From positions 1,856,001 through 1,920,000 of the forward strand of contig OZ242326.1 of NCBI GenBank assembly GCA_965208325.1: a DNA stretch of 64,000 nucleotides, written 5' to 3'. A program made the translations under genes and the position numbers. Origin of the DNA: Candidatus Poribacteria bacterium (GTDB lineage Bacteria; Poribacteria; WGA-4E; PCPOR2b). The notes below the pieces were generated by a model, which saw nothing but the letters and a program-made list of their open reading frames with translations, did no database searches and had not been told where the DNA came from. Below are positions 50,501 to 60,476 of this stretch, piece by piece (position 1 is the first letter of the stretch; each line of letters opens with the position of its first letter).

Positions 50501-51520
50501 CTATTTCCAGGCGTCTTCTTGGACGGCATGGGAATCAGCCTTGTTTCGGATGGAGGTCCACCACTTTCGATTTTCGGCGTACCAACGGACTGTGTCTCGG
50601 AGTCCGGATTCAAAATTGACTTGCGGTTCCCAACCGAGTTCGCGCCGAATCTTCGACGAATCCAATAGGTACCGGCGATCGTGACCGGGGCGGTCAGGAA
50701 CGTAAGTTTTTAAGGATTCAGGTTTGTCCAACGCGGTTAAGATTGCGTCGGCAATTTCCTCGATGCTCTGTTCGACGCCGCTGCCGATGTTGTAAGTTTC
50801 GCCGATTTTTCCATTCCGAATAATCAGATCGATGGCGCGGCAGTGATCCAAAACGGCGAGCCATTCCCGCCGGTTTTGGCTGTTGCGGTAGAGCGGCAGC
50901 GGTTTGTCGTCGATGGCGTGCGTTGTAAACAGCGGTATTACCTTTTCCGGGTGCTGATAAGGACCGTAGTTATTTGAACAGTTCGAAATGGTGACGGGGA
51001 GCCGATAGGTTTCGAAATAGGCGCGGACTGCATGGTCTGCGGCGGCTTTGGATGCGTTATACGGCGTGCGAGGACGATAGGGATGGTTCTCCGTGAACTC
51101 TTCGCACGAGTCGAGGGGGAGATCGCCGTAGACCTCGCAAGTGGAGATGTGGTGGAACCGGGCAACCTCATGTTTGCGGGCGAGGTCAAGCAGCGTCTGT
51201 GTGCCCATGACGTTTGTCTCGAAGAAGCGGCGTGGCTGGAAAACAGCGCGGCTGTTGTGGGATTCTGCGGCGAAATTTACAATCACATCGGGATGGAGTT
51301 CCGCCATGAGGCGATCGATGCAGCGATAATCTCCAATGCCGGCATTGACAAAGCGGTATCTATCGGGGCGGCTATCGGCGTCATTTGAGAAGTTTGACGG
51401 ATCGCCCGCGTAGGTTAGGGAATCGATGTTGACAACCGAATCGCTCGGGTGGCGTTCAAGCCAGTATCGGCTGAAATTGCATCCTATGAATCCCGCTCCG
51501 CCAGTAACCCATAGTCTCAT
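50501..51520 (-). CDS. rfbB: dTDP-glucose 4,6-dehydratase
   Basis: VTGGAGFIG, FAAESH, HISTCEVYGDL, PYNASKA, CSNNYGPYQHPEKVIP, DRPGHDRRY. Confidence 0.9.
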   Translation of the reverse strand: MRLWVTGGAGFIGCNFSRYWLERHPSDSVVNIDSLTYAGDPSNFSNDADSRPDRYRFVNAGIGDYRCIDRLMAELHPDVIVNFAAESHNSRAVFQPRRFFETNVMGTQTLLDLARKHEVARFHHISTCEVYGDLPLDSCEEFTENHPYRPRTPYNASKAAADHAVRAYFETYRLPVTISNCSNNYGPYQHPEKVIPLFTTHAIDDKPLPLYRNSQNRREWLAVLDHCRAIDLIIRNGKIGETYNIGSGVEQSIEEIADAILTALDKPESLKTYVPDRPGHDRRYLLDSSKIRRELGWEPQVNFESGLRDTVRWYAENRKWWTSIRNKADSHAVQEDAWK

Positions 51521-51632
51521 GAAACCATCCTCAACCGCGGGTTGTTTCACGGCATGTTCGGAGATTTAGTTGCACCGCAGCAGCGGTTTGCTTCAGAGCC
51601 ATGATGCGCAGGAAAGCCAATCAGGACATTTC

Positions 51633-53489
51633 CTACCGCCGTTTAAACCGGCTTTCCAATTCGATTTTGCCCATCTCGACAACGATTGGGCGCGCGTGCG
51701 GGCAATTGAACGGTAATTTTGCTTGGGATAGATCCTTGACCAACGCGACCATTTCATCCATCGTCAGTGAGTCGCCCGCTTTGACCGCGGATTTGCAGGC
51801 GAGCATAACCAGCGCATCATCCTGCACGCCGAGCAGTTCATCGGGAGGGATTTCATTCTGGGGCAGCCGATCCAATAGGTCTGTCACTGTCATTGCGATT
51901 GACGATGTCGCCAACATGGCGGGAATTGTACGGACGAGGATGGTATTGCCTCCGAACTGCTCGAGTTCGAAACCGAGTTTCTCGAAAAGGGCGGCGTGGG
52001 CATTGAGTGTGGTCAATTGCTGTGAGGTGACTTCGATTGTTGCCGGGAGTAGTAACCCCTGCACCGGAATCCCGTCCGCTTTCAGTTGATGGACAAATTG
52101 CTCGTAGAGCACCCGCTCGGCTGCGACATGCTGGTCGATGAAAAACACACGGTCTTTCGCCTCCGCCACGATGTAGGTATTAAACAGATTTGCCTTCAGT
52201 TGTACATCTTCAAAATCGAAGAGTTCGAGGGCCGTGCCATCAGGGATGGCGCGTTCAGGCGGTTGGATATCCGCCGGCGTTCCAGAAGGGAGCGGCTCAA
52301 CCGCACTTCCAGCAGTTTGCTCAGCCTGCCACGGCGGTTGAGACGCCGGGTTAATCCGGACGCCGGTTCCGATTTCCAGCCCGGTTTCCGCAGTTTGGGA
52401 GAAGATTCGGGGGGTTTCATCAACACCGAACGCACCCTTATTTTCGAATGGAGTACCGGCCGGCGATGCCGGTTGCGCCGCCTTGTCAAGCCGCGGGATA
52501 TACTTGTGCTTGTGGACGCCGCTGTTTATCATGCGCGAAACGGCGCTGAAGATTGCGCGTTCATTTCTAAAACGTACCTCGATTTTGGCGGGGTGCACGT
52601 TCACATCGACTTCTTGCGCGTCCATCGTCAGGAACAGGAAAGCCACGGCGAACCGATCCTTGGGCACCATGGCGCGCATGGCTTCGCCGAGGGCAGCGCC
52701 GATAATCTTGCTGCGGATAGGCCTGGCGTTCAGAAAAAACAGTTGATAGCTGCGATTCGATTTAGTGAGCTCGGGTTTACCGATGAAGGTGTGCAGATGA
52801 AGGTTGGGCAACTCCGCGTCAAATTCGATTAAGTTTTCGGCGAACTCCTTCCCGTAGAGCAGGCGAATCCGCTCAATATAGGAATCGCAGGTGCGGACGT
52901 CAATCAGGGAACGGCGGTCGTGGGATAGGGAAAATTGAACGTTTGGGTGCGCGAGCGCCGCCCAAGTCACTTGGTTGGTGAGATGGTTTAACTCGGTGGT
53001 GTCGGTTTTCAGGAATTTCAGGCGCGCGGGGACATTATAGAACAGGTTATTGATAGTGATATGCGTGCCCGGCGAACAGCCGCTTTCCTGCACGGATTTT
53101 ACGACTCCGCCTTCAACGGCAATCTTTGTGCCCGCGAGGTCATCAGATTTACGCGTCAGCAACTCAAGCTGCGATACGGACGCGATACTCGGCAGCGCCT
53201 CGCCGCGGAATCCGAATGTGTGAATGTGCTGCAAATCTTCAATGGTGCCGACTTTGCTTGTGGCGTGGCGTTTTAAGGCGATCAGGGCGTCGTCGCGGGA
53301 CATGCCGGTGCCGTTGTCGGAGACGCGGATGAGCCGTTTGCCGCCGGCGCGGATTTCAACGTTTATCTTGGTGCTCTCGGCGTCAATGGCGTTTTCGATG
53401 AGTTCTTTGACTACCGACGCGGGCCGCTCGACAACTTCGCCGGCTGCGATTTTGTTGGCAATATCGGGCGGAAGAATTTTGATTGGCAT
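51633..53489 (-). CDS. mutL: DNA mismatch repair endonuclease MutL
   Basis: IAAGEVVERPASVVKELIEN, FGFRGEAL, DVNVHPAK, DQHVAAERVLYE, ACK, CPHARP. Confidence 0.96.
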   Translation of the reverse strand: MPIKILPPDIANKIAAGEVVERPASVVKELIENAIDAESTKINVEIRAGGKRLIRVSDNGTGMSRDDALIALKRHATSKVGTIEDLQHIHTFGFRGEALPSIASVSQLELLTRKSDDLAGTKIAVEGGVVKSVQESGCSPGTHITINNLFYNVPARLKFLKTDTTELNHLTNQVTWAALAHPNVQFSLSHDRRSLIDVRTCDSYIERIRLLYGKEFAENLIEFDAELPNLHLHTFIGKPELTKSNRSYQLFFLNARPIRSKIIGAALGEAMRAMVPKDRFAVAFLFLTMDAQEVDVNVHPAKIEVRFRNERAIFSAVSRMINSGVHKHKYIPRLDKAAQPASPAGTPFENKGAFGVDETPRIFSQTAETGLEIGTGVRINPASQPPWQAEQTAGSAVEPLPSGTPADIQPPERAIPDGTALELFDFEDVQLKANLFNTYIVAEAKDRVFFIDQHVAAERVLYEQFVHQLKADGIPVQGLLLPATIEVTSQQLTTLNAHAALFEKLGFELEQFGGNTILVRTIPAMLATSSIAMTVTDLLDRLPQNEIPPDELLGVQDDALVMLACKSAVKAGDSLTMDEMVALVKDLSQAKLPFNCPHARPIVVEMGKIELESRFKRR

Positions 53490-53624
53490 TATGGGTTCCT
53501 ACGATAGTGGATGACACGCCAAATTGTACCACAAAGTTTCCGATTCAACAATGGCTATTTTTTTCGCAGTACCAACGTACGGCGCGCAGGACGAATGCGG
53601 TACTGACAAACGATGAATTTTTAC

Positions 53625-53653
53625 TTGCATTCGGACGTTGCATTATGTATAAT
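53625..53653 (+). promoter_or_regulatory. sigma70-type promoter for tRNA-Asn
   Basis: TTGCAT-17nt-TATAAT about 50 nt upstream of the tRNA. Confidence 0.65.
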
Positions 53654-53702
53654 TATGCCTTGTTTTCTGACGTTGCTCGGGGTTTCACCTGCGAGTCATT
53701 AA

Positions 53703-53778
53703 TCCCCTGTAGCTCAGCTGGTAGAGCGGGTGGCTGTTAACCACCTTGTCGGCGGTTCGAGTCCGTCCGGGGGAGCCA
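53703..53778 (+). tRNA. tRNA-Asn (GTT)
   Basis: 76-nt cloverleaf: TCCCCTG/CGGGGGA acceptor stem, AGCTCAGCTGGTAGAGC D arm, GGTGG CT GTT AA CCACC anticodon arm, GGTTCGAGTCC, encoded CCA. Confidence 0.96.
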
Positions 53779-53819
53779 ATTATATTTGCCGCCGATTCGG
53801 CGGTCTACGAGTAAATACC

Positions 53820-53853
53820 AAGACCCCAGTGGGCAACCCCATTGGGGTTTTGT
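53820..53853 (+). terminator. intrinsic terminator after tRNA
   Basis: ACCCCAGTGGG..CCCATTGGGGT hairpin followed by a T run. Confidence 0.7.
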
Positions 53854-53911
53854 TGTGTCTGCGGCTGGTTGATGGAGTTGAACTCACTCAAGCAACCGAC
53901 ACCCAATACCC

Positions 53912-54043
53912 ATGCGCAATAAGATGATGCGCCTCCGGCAACTAATCGAAAGCGCAGTATTGGAGTCGGAGGGTGTTAAAGCGCTGTTCTCACTTGCCCT
54001 GACCTACTATCGTGAGTAGCACCTACCGTTGTTGGATACTTAA
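53912..54043 (+). pseudogene. internally deleted DUF1801-like gene remnant
   Basis: MRNKMMRLRQLIESAVLESEGVKAL-FSLALTYYRE*HLPLLDT* matches both ends of the 58718 protein. Confidence 0.75.
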
Positions 54044-54112
54044 TATCTTCGCAATAATTGTGGAGAGTTGTAGTGCCGCAAAACGGTTAAAGTTCGAATT
54101 TTGAGGCGTGCA

Positions 54113-55360
54113 ATGAACAAGGCTGAATTAATCGAGCTGATTCGCAATGGGGAAAATTCGGGGGTCGAGTTCAAGCGTGATACTGTCGCAAACCATGATG
54201 TCGCTAAAGAAATCGTCGCACTGCTCAATCTTGAAGGGGGCACTGTTCTTTTAGGCGTCGAGGACGACGGTAAAATCACGGGAACATCACGGGAAAACTT
54301 GGAGGAGTGGGTGGAGGAACTATGCCAGCTTAAGATTAATCCGTCGATAGTTCCGTTTCTTTTTTGGGTAAAGCGCATAGAATCCGGTCGACATGTTCTC
54401 GCTGTTAGAGTGCCTAAAGGGCCGGACAAACCTTACGCACTAATTCACAATCGTCAAAAGACCTATTTCATCCGCGTCGGCAGCACTTCACGCGAGGCGA
54501 GCCGGGACGAAACCCAACGGCTGTTTCCGGCGTCGAGCAACTTGCGCTACGGCGTGAAACCTGTGCCGGGCGCCGGATTCGACAGTTTGGATCGACGTCG
54601 ACTAAAAGACTATCTAATCAGTGCGCCTAGAGGGCAGGCGCCTGCTGACGATGATGCAGAGGCTTGGCAGACCTTGCTGCGAAACATAGATTTTATGACG
54701 ATATCCGCATCCGCCGGTTTACCGGTCGCTACCGTTGATGGAATGCTTCTCTTTGGAATAAATCCTAACAAATTCATGCCGCAATCCGGTATTCGCGCGG
54801 TCTGTTTTCCGGGAACTGAACCCGGTTATGCGGTCCGCGCCGACGAAGATCTGCGAGGTCCGATGGTGCCCCTGCGAGCCGCCAACGGCGATATCCTCGA
54901 ACACGGCCTCGTCGAACAGGCGTGGGACTTCGTTCGCCGAAATACGACACCGACAGCTCATCTTGAGAGCGCGCGGAAAATTCAAAGCTGGGAATATCCG
55001 GAATGCGTCATTCGCGAGGCAATCGTGAACGCCCTCGTGCATCGCGATTACAGCATCACGGGCGCAGAGATAATGCTGGCAGTCTTCTCTGATCGCTTGG
55101 AGATTACCAGCCCCGGACGATTGCCAAATACAATTACCACGGACGGCATTAAAGCGGGCGCACGTTCCGCTCGCAACCAGACGCTGGTTTACATTATGCG
55201 TGACTATGGTTACGCCGATGCGGGAGGTATGGGAGTACGAAATCGAATTATTCAGTCTATGCGCGACCACAATGGCACAGAGCCCGACCTGATTGAAGAT
55301 GAAGCCCGTTTTACCGTACGGTTGTGGAAGGAACCCAAGACACACAATCTTAACAAATGA
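54113..55360 (+). CDS. Schlafen/AlbA_2 domain protein with HATPase_c_4 (RecG-C-like) domain
   Basis: GENSGVEFK..ALLN..GGTVLLGVEDDG; IREAIVNALVHRDYS..DRLEITSPG.LP..RN. Confidence 0.88.
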   Translation: MNKAELIELIRNGENSGVEFKRDTVANHDVAKEIVALLNLEGGTVLLGVEDDGKITGTSRENLEEWVEELCQLKINPSIVPFLFWVKRIESGRHVLAVRVPKGPDKPYALIHNRQKTYFIRVGSTSREASRDETQRLFPASSNLRYGVKPVPGAGFDSLDRRRLKDYLISAPRGQAPADDDAEAWQTLLRNIDFMTISASAGLPVATVDGMLLFGINPNKFMPQSGIRAVCFPGTEPGYAVRADEDLRGPMVPLRAANGDILEHGLVEQAWDFVRRNTTPTAHLESARKIQSWEYPECVIREAIVNALVHRDYSITGAEIMLAVFSDRLEITSPGRLPNTITTDGIKAGARSARNQTLVYIMRDYGYADAGGMGVRNRIIQSMRDHNGTEPDLIEDEARFTVRLWKEPKTHNLNK

Positions 55361-55432
55361 AAGCGTCATAAGGAAATTGTGCGTGTTGGATTCGCGCGTT
55401 CTTCCCAGCCCGTGACGCCGGGAGACATAATC

Positions 55433-55804
55433 ATGATCAAAGGCGTGCATACGATGTTCTACTCGTCGGAGCCGGAGGCTTTGCGCGAGTTCATTCGCGA
55501 CAAACTTGGTTTCGATTCCTATACGGACGTTGGCGGCGGTTGGCTTATCTTCAACCTGCCGGAGGCGGATATGGGTGTGCATGACGCCGATCCGAGCGGA
55601 GCGCACGGTGCACCTGCCGGTACCCATGACGTTTCCTTCTACTGCGACGACATCCGGACTACGGTGGCAGAGTTGGGAAACCGGGGCGTGGTCTTTGACG
55701 GGGACGTCGTTGACGCCGGATTCGGGCTGGTAGTACACTTTGAGATGCCGGGCGGGGTGCGCGTGCAGCTCTACCAGCCGCGTTACGAGAAGAATTCCGG
55801 CTGA
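55433..55804 (+). CDS. VOC/glyoxalase family protein
   Basis: FIRDKLGF..GGGWLIF, SFYCDDI..TVAEL, MPGG..QLYQP; ATG at 55433 after GGAG. Confidence 0.85.
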   Translation: MIKGVHTMFYSSEPEALREFIRDKLGFDSYTDVGGGWLIFNLPEADMGVHDADPSGAHGAPAGTHDVSFYCDDIRTTVAELGNRGVVFDGDVVDAGFGLVVHFEMPGGVRVQLYQPRYEKNSG

Positions 55805-55944
55805 AACACTGGAGACAATGATATTAAGTTGCGGTCCGAACCAAATTTCGGCAGATCGGTAAGCAGACGAAGGCGTGTGCCCGATGGCCATTACGCCGTC
55901 CACTAATCCTTACCCATGCCACTAAGCACAAGGAGAAATGTATT

Positions 55945-56382
55945 ATGCAAGATTTCAATTATTTGGCGGTGATAGCCGCTGGAATCTTTCCGATGATTGT
56001 CGGCGCACTCTGGTATGGCCCGCTATTCGGCAAACGGTGGCTCACGTTGATGGAAACCACTGCGGAGGAGATTCAAGAGGGATTCAATCCGTTGAAGACG
56101 TACGGTGGGAGCTTCCTGCTAGCGCTGATTACCGCGTTTATCTTGGCGCAGTTATTGGCGGGGTTGGGAGACGCTGCGCGCGTCGTCTCAGCCGCCGGAA
56201 AGGGCGGGGACGCGGTGGCGGGTGTCTACTTGGCGCTGTTGGCGCTAATTGCATTTGTTCTCCCGGTCGGCTACCAGTCGCTCGCATTTGAAGGGCGGAA
56301 GGCGGGGCTGGTTTGGCTTAACTTAGGTTATAATGGAGTGGCGCTCATTGGGCAGGCGGTGATTATCGCGGTGTGGCGTTAG
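55945..56382 (+). CDS. DUF1761 family membrane protein
   Basis: NYLAVIAA..VGALWYGPLFGKRW, LNLGYN. Confidence 0.82.
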   Translation: MQDFNYLAVIAAGIFPMIVGALWYGPLFGKRWLTLMETTAEEIQEGFNPLKTYGGSFLLALITAFILAQLLAGLGDAARVVSAAGKGGDAVAGVYLALLALIAFVLPVGYQSLAFEGRKAGLVWLNLGYNGVALIGQAVIIAVWR

Positions 56383-56396
56383 GTTTGCCGCGAAAT

Positions 56397-58158
56397 TGTC
56401 TGAACTGTGATGCGTGGGATTGAATGGCGGGGTGTGATTGGGGAGCACTTAACTTACTAGCCAATCTTTGGGAAGGACGGAAGGGAGGAAGACTGGAAGA
56501 AAAAATATAGCGCGGGTTGGTGGTCGGAAGGTTTCAAAAGCGTTGGGTTTCGCTACACGCTATTAGCAATGAGAAATGATTAGCGTCCGGAACGGTTAAT
56601 GCTATCGGAACTGGTTCGGATTTTTCCGCTCTACCCAACCTACAAGAACTAGCGACTATGTTTCGCGATACGGAGATCGCTCCTACAAAGACTGTCTGAA
56701 CTGTGATGCGTGGGATTGAATGGCGGGGTGTGATTGGGGAGCACTTAACTTACTAGCCAATCTTTGGGAAGGACGGAAGGGAGGAAGACTGGAAGAAAAA
56801 ATATAGCGCGGGTTGGTGGTCGGAAGGTTTCAAAAGCGTTGGGTTTCGCTACACGCTATTAGCAATGAGAAATGATTAGCGTCCGGAACGGTTAATGCTA
56901 TCGGAACTGGTTCGGATTTTTCCGCTCTACCCAACCTACAAGAACTAGCGATTATGTTTCGCGATTCGGAGATTGCTCCTACAAAGACAGTCTGAACTGT
57001 GATTTGCGGGATTGAATGATGGGTTGTGATCGGGGGAGCACTTAACTTACTAGCCAATCTTTGGGAAGGACGGAAGGGAGGAAGACTGGAAGAAAAAATA
57101 TAGCGCGGGTTGGTGGTCGGAAGGTTTCAAAAGCGTTGGGTTTCGCTACGCGCAATTCGCAAAGTGCAAGACTTAGCATCCTGAACGGTTAATGTTATCG
57201 GAACGGTTTCGGAATTTTCCGCTCTACCCAACCTACAAGAGCTTAGGAAGAACTATAAAAACTATCGCCCTCCCTATTCGGTCGGTTGATCGTTGGGTTT
57301 CGCTACACGCTAATAGCAATGAGCAATAATTAGCGTCCTGAACGGTTAATGCAATCGGAACGGAATTGGGTTTATCCGCTCTACCCAATCTACAAGAACT
57401 AGCGATTATGTTTCGCGATTCGGAGATCGCTCCTACAAAGACAGGCTGAACTGTGATGCTTGGGATTGAATGATGGGCTGTGATTGGGGGCGCACTTAAT
57501 TTACTAGCCAATCTTTGGGAAGGAAGGATGGAAGGGACGAAGACTGGAAGAAAAAATATTGCGCGCGTTGGTGGTCGAGAGGTTTCAAAAGCGTTGGGTT
57601 TCGCTACGCGCAATTCGCAAAGTGCAAGGTTTAGCGGCCGGAACGGTTAATGCTATCGGAACGGTTTTGGATTTATCCGCTCTACCCAACCTACAAGAGC
57701 TTAGGAAGAACTATAAAAACTATCGCCCTCCCTATTCGGTCGGTTGATCGTTGGGTTTCGCTACACGCTAATAGCAATGAGCAATAATTAGCGTCCTGAA
57801 CGGTTAATGCAATCGGAACGGAATTGGGTTTATCCGCTCTACCCAATCTACAAGAACTAGCGATTATGTTTCGCGATTCGGAGATCGCTCCTACAAAGAC
57901 AGGCTGAACTGTGATGCTTGGGATTGAATGATGGGCTGTGATTGGGGGCGCACTTAATTTACTAGCCAATCTTTGGGAAGGAAGGATGGAAGGGACGAAG
58001 ACTGGAAGAAAAAATATTGCGCGCGTTGGTGGTCGAGAGGTTTCAAAAGCGTTGGGTTTCGCTACGCGCAATTCGCAAAGTGCAAGGTTTAGCGGCCGGA
58101 ACGGTTAATGCTATCGGAACGGTTTTGGATTTATCCGCTCTACCCAACCTACATGAAC
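56397..58158. repeat. tandem composite REP arrays (~296-bp units, then two 458-bp units)
   Basis: Markers at 56398, 56694 and ~56990; identical shadow ORFs 458 bp apart; motifs GTCTGAACTGTGAT, CGTTGGGTTTCGCTAC, CCGCTCTACCCAACCTAC, GGAGATCGCTCCTAC. Confidence 0.92.
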
Positions 58159-58220
58159 TATTACGTGATTTTTGGGTATTATACATGTTTCACTATAACG
58201 TTAACTTAAATTAGGAGGAA

Positions 58221-58658
58221 TTGATGACGCTTAACACGTACATTAATTTTGAGGACAACTGCCGCGAGGCGTTTGAGTATTACCGGTCTATTTTCGGCGG
58301 TGAGTTCACATTTATCTCGACGTTCCGCGAAGGGCCGGAAGAGATGGAGGAGATGCAGATACCGGAGGAACACCTCGACCGCATCATGCACGTGTCTCTG
58401 CCGATTGGCGACAGCGTGCTCATGGGCAGCGACACGACTTCAGCGTTCTGCGCGCCGCTGGTGGCCGGCAACAACTTCTCAATATCGTTCGAGGCTGACA
58501 GCAGAGAACATGCCGACGAAGTTTTCGCCAAACTGTCAGACGGCGGTTCGGTGATGTGGCCGATGGCGGACGCCTTCTGGGGCGCATACTTTGGCTCGTG
58601 TACGGACAAATTCGGCATCAACTGGCAGGTTCTCGCCGAGAATCCACCGCATGAATGA
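58221..58658 (+). CDS. VOC family protein (PhnB-like)
   Basis: YINFEDNCREAFEYY..FGG, IMHVSL, LMGSD, FWGAYFG..TDKFGINW. Confidence 0.88.
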   Translation: MMTLNTYINFEDNCREAFEYYRSIFGGEFTFISTFREGPEEMEEMQIPEEHLDRIMHVSLPIGDSVLMGSDTTSAFCAPLVAGNNFSISFEADSREHADEVFAKLSDGGSVMWPMADAFWGAYFGSCTDKFGINWQVLAENPPHE

Positions 58659-58717
58659 GCGGGCACGCATCCATCGGCTCGTAATATTCACCAACTTTAA
58701 TGGGCGGCGAGACCGGC

Positions 58718-59203
58718 ATGTCGAAGATTGATAACCCCGACGTTGCACGCGTATTTGCGGGCTACCCGGCGGCTATGCGTGAAAAGATGCTGCGCCTCCG
58801 GCAAATCGTCCTAGACACGGCATCGGAGACCGAGGGTGTCGACGCGCTAGAAGAAACGCTGAAGTGGGGAGAGCCCAGCTACCTCACCAAGGGCGGCAGC
58901 ACAATCAGAATGGACTGGAAAGCGAAGGCGCCCGATCAATACGCGATGTATTTCAACTGCAACACGCCGTTAATCGCTACATTTGAGGAAGTTTACGGAG
59001 ATGTGTTCACATTTGAAGGGAACAGAGCCATTGTCTTCGGCGAGACCGACGAATTGCCGATTCCCGAATTGAAGCACTGTATCTCGCTCGCTCTGACTTA
59101 CCATCGTGTGAAGCATTTGCCGTTGCGGTGCTTCTCCGATACACACAGCGGAACATTTACGGAAAGAATCTCATGGATAAGATTGATTTCAAAAAGACGA
59201 TGA
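58718..59203 (+). CDS. DUF1801 domain protein (C-terminus possibly altered)
   Basis: LEETLKWGEPSY..GGSTIRMDWK, FEGNRAI, ALTYH. Confidence 0.82.
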   Translation: MSKIDNPDVARVFAGYPAAMREKMLRLRQIVLDTASETEGVDALEETLKWGEPSYLTKGGSTIRMDWKAKAPDQYAMYFNCNTPLIATFEEVYGDVFTFEGNRAIVFGETDELPIPELKHCISLALTYHRVKHLPLRCFSDTHSGTFTERISWIRLISKRR

Positions 59204-59781
59204 AAACGCTATACCGCGCGACCAGTAAGGTGGAGCGCGTTAACCCGGGTGTGGGCACTTTCTTTGCTGTTGATGGGCGCGGTACGCCGGGCGGGGAAGC
59301 GTTTGAGAAGGCGATTCAGAACCTCTATCCGGTGGCTTACACCGTGAAATTCGCCCTGAAAAATGCGGGAACGATCGACTTTGTTGTCCCGCCTCTTGAG
59401 GCGCTTTGGTACGACAATCCGATCGACGTTCCCGACATGTCCCAGTGGCGTTGGCGGACGATGATTCGTGTCCCGGAGTGCGTGAGCAGCGAGGATTTGC
59501 AAGCGGCGCAGGATTCTATCTTGGACAAGAAGGGCACTGACACCTCCGATGTGCGGTTAGTAAAGTGGGAGGAGGGCGTCAGCCTCCAGATCTTGCACAT
59601 CGGACCGTACGAGCAGGAGTCCTTCGGAGCTATCTACGAAGAGCTTCATCGCAGCGCACAAGCCGAGAACATGGCATTGCAGGCGCCGGGGCATGAGATT
59701 TATCTCAGCGATCCACGCCGTACGGCGCCAGAAAAGCTCAAGACAATCGTGCGGATGCCGATAGCTGGAGAATCCCCCTAG
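59173..59781 (+). CDS. GyrI-like small-molecule-binding domain protein
   Basis: DFKK..K.LY, LYPVAY.VKF, VPPLEALW, QILHIGPY, HEIYLSDPRRTAPEKLKTIVR. Confidence 0.85.
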   Translation: MDKIDFKKTMKTLYRATSKVERVNPGVGTFFAVDGRGTPGGEAFEKAIQNLYPVAYTVKFALKNAGTIDFVVPPLEALWYDNPIDVPDMSQWRWRTMIRVPECVSSEDLQAAQDSILDKKGTDTSDVRLVKWEEGVSLQILHIGPYEQESFGAIYEELHRSAQAENMALQAPGHEIYLSDPRRTAPEKLKTIVRMPIAGESP

Positions 59782-59840
59782 ATTTCTCCGAACTTCACGC
59801 CATTTACATACGTTCAATTTCAAGAGATAGCGAAACAACT

Positions 59841-60443
59841 ATGTCAAGTGAAAGAATAATCGAACTCGAACAAAAGATTGGCGAGCTAATTGCCGAGCTC
59901 AACACACTGCGCAAGAAAAACGCCGGGGCGCCGGTGCCCAACTACGCCTTTGCGACGCTGACCGGTGAGGCCACTCTACTTGAACTGTTCGGCGAAAAGG
60001 ACAAGCTACTGGCGATTCACAACATGGGGCAGGGCTGCCGCTATTGTACGTTGTGGGCGGACGGATTTAACGGATTGCTCCCGCATTTAGAGACTGCCAT
60101 GTCTGTTGTGCTGCTATCGAAGGATTCGCCGGAAGTTCAGCGCCGGTTTGCAAACGCCCGCGGCTGGCGGTTTCGCACCGCGTCGCACGGCGGCGGGGCG
60201 TACATTCGTGAGCAGTCGGTGTACACCGGCGACGACAATTTCCCGGGCGCCGTGGTCTACGAACGGGTCGGCGACACCATCCTGCGCAAGAATTCGTGCG
60301 TGTTTGGGCCTGGTGACCTTTATTGTTCGATGTGGAGCCTGCTTGGACTGGCGGGACTGGACGACGAGGACTGGACGCCGCAATACACCTATTGGCAGCG
60401 TCCATCCGAGTTGGATGACGGCGGCGCGAACGTGCTAGACTGA
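59841..60443 (+). CDS. DUF899 family (thioredoxin-like) protein
   Basis: VPNY.F..L.ELFG.KD.L, GCRYCTLWADGFNG, FA..RGWRF. Confidence 0.83.
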   Translation: MSSERIIELEQKIGELIAELNTLRKKNAGAPVPNYAFATLTGEATLLELFGEKDKLLAIHNMGQGCRYCTLWADGFNGLLPHLETAMSVVLLSKDSPEVQRRFANARGWRFRTASHGGGAYIREQSVYTGDDNFPGAVVYERVGDTILRKNSCVFGPGDLYCSMWSLLGLAGLDDEDWTPQYTYWQRPSELDDGGANVLD

Positions 60444-60476
60444 AAGCGGCAAAGCACCGCTGCGACGACGACGGAA

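Noticed and set aside
54719..55903. 394-aa minus-strand ORF
   Set aside because: Antisense to the well-supported AlbA_2 and VOC genes; no recognisable motifs
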